A stretch of 63,584 nucleotides of DNA, the filler included, from Candidatus Woesearchaeota archaeon (GTDB lineage: Archaea > Nanobdellota > Nanobdellia > Woesearchaeales > CAZJJJ01), in the NCBI GenBank assembly GCA_046538795.1. It is 6 parts of 6 records of this genome, joined end to end, with 100 filler letters (N's around TTAATTAATTAA, not from the genome) between each part and the next. Parts side by side here need not be neighbours in the genome. Positions count along the whole stretch, not along the records: positions 1 to 11,360 come from JBKHIF010000046.1; 5 more parts are not named here. The stretch is one strand, 5' to 3'. The notes under the pieces were generated by a model. The model was not told where the DNA came from. It saw nothing but the letters and a program-made list of their open reading frames with translations, and searched no databases. Shown piece after piece: positions 1 to 8,665 of the stretch. The translations under genes and the position numbers were made by a program. Every line of letters begins with the position of its first letter. Position 1 is the stretch's first letter.

Positions 1-7
1 ATCATAA

Positions 8-733
8 TATGCAGAAAAGATTGGTGTAGATTCAAAAAATATCAAGATGATAAGCATAATGCCATGCACTGCAAAGAAATTTGAAAAGACAAGAAAAGAG
101 ATGTCTGATAATCCTTTCCCTGATGTTGATCAGGTTCTTACGACAAGAGAATTTGGAAAACTTTGCAAGCATCTGGCAATAGATGTAAAAGACCTGGATG
201 ACAGTGAATTTGATCCTTCATTAGGAGAATCATCAGGTGCAGCTGCTCTTTTTGGAAATACTGGCGGGGTCATGGAAGCAGCGCTTAGAACAGCTTATGA
301 AAAAGCAACAGGAAAACGCCTTGAAAAAGTCGAATTTGATCAGGTAAGAGGATACAAATGGATCAAAGAAGGCTCAATTGACATAAACGGAACAGAGATA
401 AGGTTTGCTGTCGCACACGGGCTTGCCAATGCAAGGAAACTTGTCGAAGAAGTCAAAGCAGGTAAAAGCAAATACCATTTCATAGAGATAATGGCATGTC
501 CTGGTGGATGCATCGGAGGAGGAGGACAACCAAGACCAACATCAGTTAAAGTAATAAATAAGCGTCTGGAGGGTCTTTACAAACTTGATTCTATGAAAAC
601 CATCAGAAGAAGCTATGAAAATCCGTCTATAATAAAGCTATATGAAGAATACCTTGGGGAGCCTGGTTCTGATAAATCTCATAATCTCCTCCACACTAAG
701 TATATAAAACGAGACATCTGGAAAATAAACTAA
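8..733 (+). CDS. hydA: [FeFe]-hydrogenase catalytic subunit, C-terminal part (H-cluster domain plus fused small-subunit domain); 5'-truncated
   Basis: H-cluster motifs P2 (SIMPCTAKKFE) and P3 (EIMACPGGCIGGGGQP), FGNTGGVMEAALRT, and a C-terminal small-subunit motif (YENPSIIKLYEEYLGEPGSDKSHNLLHT). Homology continues upstream of the ATG at 47 (YAEKIGVDSKNIK) to an in-frame TAA at 5-7. Confidence 0.93.
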   Translation, partial: YAEKIGVDSKNIKMISIMPCTAKKFEKTRKEMSDNPFPDVDQVLTTREFGKLCKHLAIDVKDLDDSEFDPSLGESSGAAALFGNTGGVMEAALRTAYEKATGKRLEKVEFDQVRGYKWIKEGSIDINGTEIRFAVAHGLANARKLVEEVKAGKSKYHFIEIMACPGGCIGGGGQPRPTSVKVINKRLEGLYKLDSMKTIRRSYENPSIIKLYEEYLGEPGSDKSHNLLHTKYIKRDIWKIN

Positions 734-775
734 AACCGACAACTTTTTTAATGATAATGTGATTTCTCTATCAAT

Positions 776-1738
776 ATGAGTAATGATATCAAAAAGATCC
801 TTATTACAGGATCTAATGGGTGCATCGGAACAAGACTTACAGAAATACTTCTTGACAAAGGATATGACGTTACAGGAATCGATATAAAAGAGAATCAATG
901 GAACAAGCGAGTCAATAATGTAACAAAAATCATAGACATAAGAGACATGCAAAAATTAAAAGCAGAAATAAAAGATAAATATGATCTTATAATTCATCTT
1001 GCAGCAAACCCCTATGTTTTTAATTCTGTCAAGGAACCACGGCTTGCGTATGATAACTTTGTACTGCTTTTCAATACTTTAGAACTTGCAAGAATGAACA
1101 AAATAACAAGATTTATGTTCTCATCAAGCAGAGAGGTATATGGCAATTCCACAAAAGAGATACTTAGTGAAGAAGATTCCTATGTAAAAAACTGCGAAAG
1201 TCCCTATACAGCGACAAAGATTGGGGGAGAGGCACTAGTTCATGCTTACTCAAGATGCTATGAAATGAATCATGTAATACTCAGATTTTCTAATATTTAT
1301 GGCATGTATGATGAAAGCAACAGGCTTATTCCAACTTTCATAAGGAACGCAAAAAAAGGAGAAGATCTTTTTGTGTTTGGAAAAGACAAGCTTCTCGATT
1401 TCACATACATTGATGACCTTATTTCAGGCATGGTTTCGTGTATTGAAAGATACGATGCTGTATATAATAACACTTTTAATCTTTCAGGTGGACAGCCAAC
1501 ACCTATCATGAAGATTGCTGAACTCATAAACAACCACTACAAAAAGAAAAGCGATGTCATACTTCAGGGACCAAGAACAGGAGAGGTAATAAGATATGTT
1601 GCAGACCTTACTAAAGCAAGTCAATTCCTTAATTTTAGCCCCTCGACAGATATTGAAGAAGGCTTGAAAAAATCAATCGATTGGTACGAAGAATTCGGTA
1701 ACTTTGAAAGTAGCTTTGATCCTGAATCAAGATTGTGA
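776..1738 (+). CDS. NAD-dependent nucleotide-sugar epimerase/dehydratase (extended SDR)
   Basis: ILITGSNGCIG Rossmann motif, HLAA, SSSREVYG, catalytic YxxxK (YTATK), LRFSNIYG. Confidence 0.92.
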   Translation: MSNDIKKILITGSNGCIGTRLTEILLDKGYDVTGIDIKENQWNKRVNNVTKIIDIRDMQKLKAEIKDKYDLIIHLAANPYVFNSVKEPRLAYDNFVLLFNTLELARMNKITRFMFSSSREVYGNSTKEILSEEDSYVKNCESPYTATKIGGEALVHAYSRCYEMNHVILRFSNIYGMYDESNRLIPTFIRNAKKGEDLFVFGKDKLLDFTYIDDLISGMVSCIERYDAVYNNTFNLSGGQPTPIMKIAELINNHYKKKSDVILQGPRTGEVIRYVADLTKASQFLNFSPSTDIEEGLKKSIDWYEEFGNFESSFDPESRL

Positions 1739-1805
1739 TTTGTTTTCTTAATTCTAATGTCTAATTAACGAAAGAAATATAAAGAAAAAGAGTAAAAAAG
1801 GTTCT

Positions 1806-2939
1806 ATGGGATTATTTGATGGATTAAAAAAAATACTGGGTAAAAAACATTCTCAGCCCAGTATTTCTTACGAGCATAAAGAGCAAACAGAAAATATTAT
1901 GAACAAATATCATGATGAAAAGTCAAGCCTGTTAGCTGTGCTTGAAGAAACAAAAAAGAAAGCATCTGAATTCCAGCAAAACGAAGATTTTTTCTCAGAA
2001 ACAAAGAAAAAAGAAATATCTGTTCTTGACAAGCTGACAGGACTTCTAAATGAGATCGCTGAAAAGGATAAGATAGACCTGGATAATGAAAATATAAGCT
2101 CAGTCAAGGAATTCTGCAAGCATTTTGATGAGAATATTAAATCATTTATAGATAGCAGCGAGTTTGATTTTTCTCATACAAAACAAATACTTGCAACTGA
2201 AATAAATCACATAAGAAATTCTCTTGAAAAAATTGAAAAATATATTGCAGAACTAAAAGTATTACTTGAAAAATCAGGAAATGATCCTGAAACAAAGAAT
2301 AAAATAACTGATTTTGAAAAAAAGATTGAAAATATCGAAAAAGATGAATTTCCAAAACTTAATGAAAAATTCAGTGTAATCAGTGATGATACAAGCTATG
2401 GTGATCTGCTTAAGAACAAAGATTCTCTCAGGAAAAAACAAAAAGCAATCGAGACTGACTTAAGAAACAGGTTCTTCGCTTTTGAAGATGTATTGAGGGA
2501 ATTTCACAATCAGAATTCTGATATAGGAATAGCAGGACTTTATCTTAATGACCCATTAAGTGCGCTTATGAACGATGAAAACCTTGAAATTTTGGATCAT
2601 ATAAACAAGATTTCTTCTCTTGTAAAAAGAAACAGGATAGAATGCGATAATCCTAAAAAAAGAGTAGAAGCGCTCAAAACAATCTCAAAAGAATATCTTC
2701 TTTCAACAGTTTCAGAACATAAAAAAGCAGACGAAGCAATAGAAAGTATTTCAAACACTATGAAAGAGCACCACATAGATGATTACTCAACACATCTTCA
2801 GGAACGTATAAAGGAACTTGCTTCAAAAACACAAGAGATAACTCAAAATATCCACCGGCTTGAGATCAACATGCAGGAGAAACAGCTAAAAAAAATAGAT
2901 AATTCAATAAAAGAAACAAAAAAAGAATTAGATGAATAA
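1806..2939 (+). CDS. Hypothetical coiled-coil protein
   Basis: 377-aa K/E-rich helical ORF with a TATA-like AAATATAAAG upstream; no recognisable motif. Confidence 0.75.
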   Translation: MGLFDGLKKILGKKHSQPSISYEHKEQTENIMNKYHDEKSSLLAVLEETKKKASEFQQNEDFFSETKKKEISVLDKLTGLLNEIAEKDKIDLDNENISSVKEFCKHFDENIKSFIDSSEFDFSHTKQILATEINHIRNSLEKIEKYIAELKVLLEKSGNDPETKNKITDFEKKIENIEKDEFPKLNEKFSVISDDTSYGDLLKNKDSLRKKQKAIETDLRNRFFAFEDVLREFHNQNSDIGIAGLYLNDPLSALMNDENLEILDHINKISSLVKRNRIECDNPKKRVEALKTISKEYLLSTVSEHKKADEAIESISNTMKEHHIDDYSTHLQERIKELASKTQEITQNIHRLEINMQEKQLKKIDNSIKETKKELDE

Positions 2940-2950
2940 AGACATTTGTT

Positions 2951-3403
2951 TCAATATTGGTTCCTTAATTCCCCAAGGCCATCATCTTTTAAGGGAATAA
3001 CTCTTTTTCCTTCAATAGTTGGATGTTCTCTGACAAGTTCATCAATCCTTTTTTTCACATAGCTGGAATCTCTCTCAGGAAATCGGGATTGCATATTAGA
3101 ATATACCTTTTTCAATGACAACAGATAATCACATAGATCCATTCCATCAAGATTGCTTAAGCATCCTGTGTATTCTTCCAACGGCAATGCAGATTCAATT
3201 CCTGAAATAAGGGTCTGTGCTATCTCGTCCAATACATCATAGCCGCCATCAACAACAGAATCAAGATATGATAAAGAATCTTGAAATCGATTATTTTCTC
3301 TTGCTTCACGAGCACGTGAAAATAAGATATTGTTTTTGCTGAAATAAGAAACAGTTTTTTCCCCTAAACTCAGGTGTTCGTCACTCTCTTCGCTTGTATC
3401 CAT
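2951..3403 (-). CDS. Hypothetical protein
   Basis: 150-aa ORF with a GAGGTG Shine-Dalgarno-like motif upstream. Confidence 0.7.
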   Translation of the reverse strand: MDTSEESDEHLSLGEKTVSYFSKNNILFSRAREARENNRFQDSLSYLDSVVDGGYDVLDEIAQTLISGIESALPLEEYTGCLSNLDGMDLCDYLLSLKKVYSNMQSRFPERDSSYVKKRIDELVREHPTIEGKRVIPLKDDGLGELRNQY

Positions 3404-3509
3404 ATTTACTGCACCTCACATAAACACAGTCAATCTGATTTTCAGAAGCTAAATATTATATAAAATTTTCTGTAAAGCACTGTTTTCTCGTAAACAAGTT
3501 TATCTTTTT

Positions 3510-4496
3510 CTAATATTTGATCTTAAGGTTGCTTTCTGAACTTTCTAGATAGCTTTTTGCTTTTTCAAGCCCTGTTTCCCCATCAATATCACTATCTTCA
3601 TACATAGCGTCAAATATATGTTCTGCTCCTCCAGATCCAAACACTTCTTCAACAAGATCATAATCTGCAACCATTTGTTTGACCAAAGGTCTGTTTTTTC
3701 CAGAGTGTTCTATCACCTCCCTAAGCAAGACAAGAGATTCTTCATATATTGAAGCGCTTCTTTCAAGAGCCCTTGATGCAAGGTCTATTGTTTCAGTTTT
3801 TATCTCATCTAATTTTGATTCTTTGCTTCGAAGTTCATTTATATAATCGTCAATATATAATTTCTGCTGTTCATTGAATGAATCATCAAAAAATTCTCTT
3901 GCATGAGAAACATATTCAAAAAGCTCAGTACATCCCTTTAGATCGCATAAATAATTTTCTAATTGATATACATTTTCCCTGAATACAGTAAGGATGTGAT
4001 AATCAAGGCCTGATGTAAAATCCAGATGTGTTCCAAGATCAGAAACCTTTTTTTCTCTGATTTTTTCATAAAACAGATCAGATTTTTCTTTATTTTCAGA
4101 ATCAGATTCCATTATATCCTTAAGATCCTGAAGCAGTTCCTGATCGCTCATTATCTTGCCATCCAAATCTGCAAATTTAGTACCCTTTCTGAAAAGATCA
4201 TGACACCTGTCCTTTACACCCTCAAGATAATTATCCTCTATGTCTTTCACTCTCTTAAATATGTCACACCCTTCAAAATTTCCCTTTTTTTCACATTCTT
4301 TAAAATCAGAATAGATTTCTTTAAACCCAATATAAGACCTGAAAAAATCCATAGACATCCTTGAGAATTCAAAAAATCGTGTTCTTGTATTGAATTTAAG
4401 ATTAGACCTTCTGATCCAATTAGCATAATCAGACTCAGTTATATTTTCTGACAATGAATTTTCCAGCCCATGAAAATTAGATTTATCTTCTTTCAT
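3510..4496 (-). CDS. Hypothetical helical protein
   Basis: 328-aa ORF with protein-like composition; segments VKDRCHDLFR and FRENVYQLENY look family-conserved but function is not recognised. Confidence 0.75.
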   Translation of the reverse strand: MKEDKSNFHGLENSLSENITESDYANWIRRSNLKFNTRTRFFEFSRMSMDFFRSYIGFKEIYSDFKECEKKGNFEGCDIFKRVKDIEDNYLEGVKDRCHDLFRKGTKFADLDGKIMSDQELLQDLKDIMESDSENKEKSDLFYEKIREKKVSDLGTHLDFTSGLDYHILTVFRENVYQLENYLCDLKGCTELFEYVSHAREFFDDSFNEQQKLYIDDYINELRSKESKLDEIKTETIDLASRALERSASIYEESLVLLREVIEHSGKNRPLVKQMVADYDLVEEVFGSGGAEHIFDAMYEDSDIDGETGLEKAKSYLESSESNLKIKY

Positions 4497-4582
4497 CTAT
4501 ATGAGAAACCCGGAAATTATTTTAAATCTTTCTTATCTAAAGCAACATACTTTTATTAATCAGCATAATTTCTCTATACATA

Positions 4583-6157
4583 ATGGCAAAAGAATCGTCT
4601 AATGATGGTGCATTGGAAGTTGCACTGGTAACCATAAATGAAGGAAGACAAGCTTTGTTATTCGTAAATTCAAAAAGATCTGCTGAGAAGATGGCTGACG
4701 ATATAGCTTCAAAACTAAAGCCAGACGAATCATTTAAAAAAATTTCACAAGAGGCTGAAAATACGCTTTCAAGACCTACAAAACAGTGCCTTAGACTTTC
4801 AAGATGCTTAAAAAAAGGAATAGCATTTCATCATGCAGGACTCCATCAAAAGCAAAAAACGCTTATAGAGGATAATTTCAGGGATGGAAAAATAAAGATA
4901 ATCTGCTGCACACCAACACTTGCCGCAGGGATGGATCTTCCTGCATTCAGGGTCATAATACGTGACCTAAAGAGATATGGAGGACACTGGGGTATGACTC
5001 CTATACCTGTACTTGAATATCTCCAGATGGCAGGAAGAGCAGGAAGGCCCGGGAAAGAGAAACAGGGAGAAGCGATATCCATCGCATCTACTGATTCTGA
5101 AAAAGAAGAAATACATGAAACATATGTAAGAGGAAAACCTGAAGACATCTATTCAAAACTTGCTGTTGAGCCAGTCCTCAGAACATATGTCTTGTCTCTT
5201 GTAGCTTCTGGCTTTATAAGAAATGAAACTGGGCTTAAAGATTTCTTCGGAAAGACATTCTGGGCTCAGCAGTATCAGGACAGGGATAAGCTAAACACTA
5301 TAATCAGCAGGATGATAGATCTTCTTGAAAGATACAGATTCATTGAATCAGCAGAGAATCCCTCTGATTTTGTATCTGCAAACGAGTTTGAAGAAAAAAG
5401 GCTTAAAGCAACACCCTTGGGAAGGCGCGTTGCAGAACTATATCTTGATCCGCTTACTGCAAATCATCTGATCTTAAACATGATAAAGGCTGAAAAAAGA
5501 CTTGATGATGAAAATGAGCATAAAAGAACAGCAGATGAGTTTTCAATACTTCAGATGATATCCCATACAATTGAAATGATGCCTCTTTTAAGAGTGAAGA
5601 CAAAAGAGATAGAGGCAATAAATGATACTTTAGCAGACAAGCAGGATTTCCTCTTAGAAGAAGAGCCTTCTCTTTATGACACCGACTATGATGAATTTCT
5701 TTCAAGTATAAAGACAACACTTTTCTTCATGGACTGGATAGGAGAAAAAGATGACGAGTTTCTTCTTGAAAAATACGACATAAGGCCTGGTGAAACAAGA
5801 TACAAGCTTGATAAGGCCAAATGGCTGTTTTATGCCTGCTCTGAATTCTGCAAACTGCTTTCATTTGAAAAAACAGGAAGACTTGTGAGAAAATGTGAAC
5901 TAAGGGTCAAGTACGGGGTAAAAGAAGAATTGCTTCCACTCCTTAAACTTAGCCGGATTGGAAGGACACGTGCAAGAAAACTTTTCAATAATCAGATCAA
6001 AAGTCTGAAAGATATAAAAAAAGCAGATATGACGACACTATCATTTTTATTAGGGCCATCAATTGCCAGAAATATCAAAATACAGCTTGATCAGGAAGAA
6101 AAACCAGTTAAGAAAGGAACCAGAAAAGGACAGCTTTCTGTTGAGAAATTTAGCTGA
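4583..6157 (+). CDS. hel308: Hel308/Ski2-like SF2 helicase, C-terminal portion only (lacks the RecA1/DExH domain)
   Basis: Motif IV (ALLFVNSKRSAE), IAFHHAGL, TPTLAAGMDLPA, motif VI (QMAGRAGRP), ATPLGRRVAELYLDP, HhH RIGRTRARKLF, C-terminal PIP-like QLSVEKF; no Walker A or DExH motif. Confidence 0.88.
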   Translation: MAKESSNDGALEVALVTINEGRQALLFVNSKRSAEKMADDIASKLKPDESFKKISQEAENTLSRPTKQCLRLSRCLKKGIAFHHAGLHQKQKTLIEDNFRDGKIKIICCTPTLAAGMDLPAFRVIIRDLKRYGGHWGMTPIPVLEYLQMAGRAGRPGKEKQGEAISIASTDSEKEEIHETYVRGKPEDIYSKLAVEPVLRTYVLSLVASGFIRNETGLKDFFGKTFWAQQYQDRDKLNTIISRMIDLLERYRFIESAENPSDFVSANEFEEKRLKATPLGRRVAELYLDPLTANHLILNMIKAEKRLDDENEHKRTADEFSILQMISHTIEMMPLLRVKTKEIEAINDTLADKQDFLLEEEPSLYDTDYDEFLSSIKTTLFFMDWIGEKDDEFLLEKYDIRPGETRYKLDKAKWLFYACSEFCKLLSFEKTGRLVRKCELRVKYGVKEELLPLLKLSRIGRTRARKLFNNQIKSLKDIKKADMTTLSFLLGPSIARNIKIQLDQEEKPVKKGTRKGQLSVEKFS

Positions 6158-6440
6158 ATATCATGCAGCCGACCTTTTTTCCTGCTTCTTCTGAGTGTGG
6201 AAAATTTGCACAAGATTCGGGTCTTGTCTTATATATGAGACATTTTTTATTTTTCCTGTCATAAAATATGCAAAAATCATCTTTTCTACTAATAGTGTGC
6301 CAGATATGATATTTTTCCAATCTTTCTATTATATCATATCTATTTTCTTTTTTCCATCGGGCAATATCAGAATCTCCAACAAGACATGTAGCCTCATTGC
6401 AACACTTTCCGCATCTTTTGCATGAGCTGGAATAGTCCAT
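6150..6440 (-). CDS. YkgJ/FliB-family cysteine-cluster (CxxCxxCC) protein
   Basis: CKRCGKCC...CIFY...CLIYKTRPESCANFP; probable start is the ATG at 6440. Confidence 0.85.
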   Translation of the reverse strand: MDYSSSCKRCGKCCNEATCLVGDSDIARWKKENRYDIIERLEKYHIWHTISRKDDFCIFYDRKNKKCLIYKTRPESCANFPHSEEAGKKVGCMIFS

Positions 6441-6483
6441 ATTATGATTGAAAATGTAAGGAGACATAAAAATCTTTTTGCAA

Positions 6484-6879
6484 TCAATCCCTTTCAACAA
6501 CCTCATACCCCATTTTCTTTATCTTATGGATATAAGGATAAAGCATGTTCATCTTTACTGCAAGACAATTAGAGGATATTATGATTTTTCCTTTTCTGAA
6601 AAAGATTGGATAGTCCTTGCATACATTTGGCCGTTTCTTCAAACGATGGATAGTGCATACATTTCCTTCAAGTCTTGGACATCCTCCTTTCAGTCTTAGA
6701 TAATACATGCCTGAATCTTCAAAAAGAGATTTTTTATCTGTTACAATCACAGGAAATTCATCTACACTCATTGAAAGAAGACCTTGTCTGCAGCAATATG
6801 CATTGCATTCAGTCATGCAGAAATTTGAAATAGAACGGCGTGCCTTCTGAAGAATTTCGCTTATATCCATAGAATTCAT
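6484..6879 (-). CDS. YkgJ/FliB-family cysteine-cluster protein (second paralog)
   Basis: CMTECNAYCC...CPRL...CTIH...RPNVCKDYP. Confidence 0.85.
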   Translation of the reverse strand: MNSMDISEILQKARRSISNFCMTECNAYCCRQGLLSMSVDEFPVIVTDKKSLFEDSGMYYLRLKGGCPRLEGNVCTIHRLKKRPNVCKDYPIFFRKGKIIISSNCLAVKMNMLYPYIHKIKKMGYEVVERD

Positions 6880-7063
6880 CTCATCTTAAGTCATAAATGC
6901 TCTTTTGATCTGTTCTTCAAAAATACAATTTAAAAAATTCTACAACAGTAAGACATTTAACTTATATTTAAGGCATATAGTTTTAACAAAATGAAAAATT
7001 TTATTAAAAAACTAAACATAAGATTTATATTTGATAATATCATGCAATAATTTGGTGATTTAC

Positions 7064-7555
7064 ATGGATATGAAAGATGCAATGCAGACAGCGCTTGATT
7101 TTGAAAAAAAGGGAAAGGATATTTATGTTGATGCTTCACAAAAGACCAAAAACTCATTCATAAAAAAAACATTTGAATATCTTGCAGAACAAGAAGAAAA
7201 ACACATTAGAGAGATTGAAAATTATTTCAAGAACAAGAAATTCGAAACAAACGGAGATGATCCAGTACATGTTAAGGAATTTTTTACAATGACAACAAAA
7301 GAATTCCAGAAAAAGCTTGATCTGACAGAAGATGACATGCAGGCTCACGAACGTGGATTAGAACTTGAAAATGAAAGCTATAAATTTTATGAACAGCAAA
7401 AAAAACATGCTGAAAAGCAGGAAGTAAAGCAATTTTTCGATTTTCTCATGAAACAAGAGATGGCTCATTACGATCTAATCAAAAAAAGCTATGAATATAT
7501 CAATGATCCTGCAAATTTCCACATAGAAAATGAAACCTGGTTTTTTGAAGGATAA
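7064..7555 (+). CDS. Rubrerythrin/ferritin-like di-iron protein
   Basis: Two repeats of the E...Y...ExxH pattern (ALDFEKKG...EQEEKH; LELENES...QEMAH); GGTGA SD before the ATG at 7064. Confidence 0.88.
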   Translation: MDMKDAMQTALDFEKKGKDIYVDASQKTKNSFIKKTFEYLAEQEEKHIREIENYFKNKKFETNGDDPVHVKEFFTMTTKEFQKKLDLTEDDMQAHERGLELENESYKFYEQQKKHAEKQEVKQFFDFLMKQEMAHYDLIKKSYEYINDPANFHIENETWFFEG

Positions 7556-7567
7556 AAAAGACCTTAA

Positions 7568-8059
7568 TCATTTCATCAAAGAAACATAATTTCCATCAAG
7601 ATAGAAAGTATCGACACCATTTCCACATATTTCGCCATCTTCATGAAATGTTATCCCATCTGGCGAAAGAAGAGCATTTGTAAGCTTTTTTGCCAAAAGA
7701 TATGAATGCATGCTTTCCTGCCATTGTCTGATATTATATTTTTCACAGAATCTCTTAATAACTAAAGGATCAACTGTATAAGTCTCTTTCTCGCCTTCAT
7801 TATTTATGGTAATCTGTGTGACATGATCACCTTTGTCATAATCAGACACAACAAATGGTTCTAATCCAGAATCATCGTCTGTATATGACGATTTTTTGGG
7901 TATCCCTATGCTTGAATCATATATGTCTCGAACACGCTTTCGCATTCTGAAGTCATTCTCTTCTTCCTTTGCACTCATAACAGATCTGACTATTTTATCA
8001 AGACCTCTTTCTGTAAGCCCTGATTGTTCTCTTTTTTCGTTATCTGAACTAAAAAACAT
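7568..8059 (-). CDS. Hypothetical protein
   Basis: 163-aa ORF with GAGGT SD upstream. Confidence 0.7.
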   Translation of the reverse strand: MFFSSDNEKREQSGLTERGLDKIVRSVMSAKEEENDFRMRKRVRDIYDSSIGIPKKSSYTDDDSGLEPFVVSDYDKGDHVTQITINNEGEKETYTVDPLVIKRFCEKYNIRQWQESMHSYLLAKKLTNALLSPDGITFHEDGEICGNGVDTFYLDGNYVSLMK

Positions 8060-8164
8060 ATTTTTTATACCTCATTTGAATTAAATCAGTCAAAAGATTT
8101 AGAGGTCATTTAAATACTTTGTGCTTAAATCACCCCAAAAGAGTTGTGAAAATCACTTCATAAC

Positions 8165-8423
8165 AAGACCAGCAGAAACATTTTCAAAAAAATGGGGATG
8201 CTGGGATTAATTTGCTTTGTGAAGCAAAGGAAATTTGCAGCAAAAATCACAAGATTTTTGATAGCACGTTTGAAGACCAGCAGAAACATTTTCAAAAAAA
8301 TGGGGATGCTGGGATTAATTTGCTTTGTGAAGCAAAGGAAATTTGCAGCAAAAATCACAAGATTTTTGATAGCACGTTCGAAGACCAGCAGAAACATTTT
8401 GAAAAAATGGGGATGCTGGGATT
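8165..8423. repeat. 108-bp tandem repeat (about 2.4 copies) that includes the 3' end of tRNA-Trp
   Basis: Units start AAGACCAGCAGAAACATTTT at 8165, 8273 and 8381; each contains TGGGGATGCTGGGATT, the reverse complement of the last 16 nt of the tRNA. Confidence 0.95.
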
Positions 8424-8535
8424 CGAACCCAGATCCGTTGGTATCTCCTCTGGCTTTGAAGTAAATCATTGCCTGAAAAGCTCATCGCTCCAGGAACTGG
8501 AGCCAACTATTCTAGCCAGGTTATACTACACCCCC
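8408..8535 (-). tRNA. trnW: tRNA-Trp(CCA) with a 54-nt intron at 37/38 (intron 8443-8496)
   Basis: Acceptor GGGGGTG/CATCCCC, anticodon stem GTTGG/CCAAC, loop CT-CCA-G^A, T-arm CTGGG-TTCGAAT-CCCAG, BHB helix CTCC/GGAG with 3-nt bulges. Confidence 0.96.
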
Positions 8536-8665
8536 ATTTGAAACAAGGATATTTTTAAGAGAATCCAACTATTATTTAAATATAATGGATGATAGAGAGC
8601 AAATCATTATCTTAAAAACTAAATTTTGATAAAGAAAATAGTAAAAAAAAGAAAAAAACAAAGAC

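Noticed and set aside
8165..8423. Possible CRISPR array
   Set aside because: The spacers are near-identical rather than unique, the repeat is a tRNA end, and no cas genes are present.
8158..8541. Several 60-110 aa ORFs on both strands with internal repeats
   Set aside because: By-products of the 108-bp (multiple of three) repeat and the tRNA-Trp gene.
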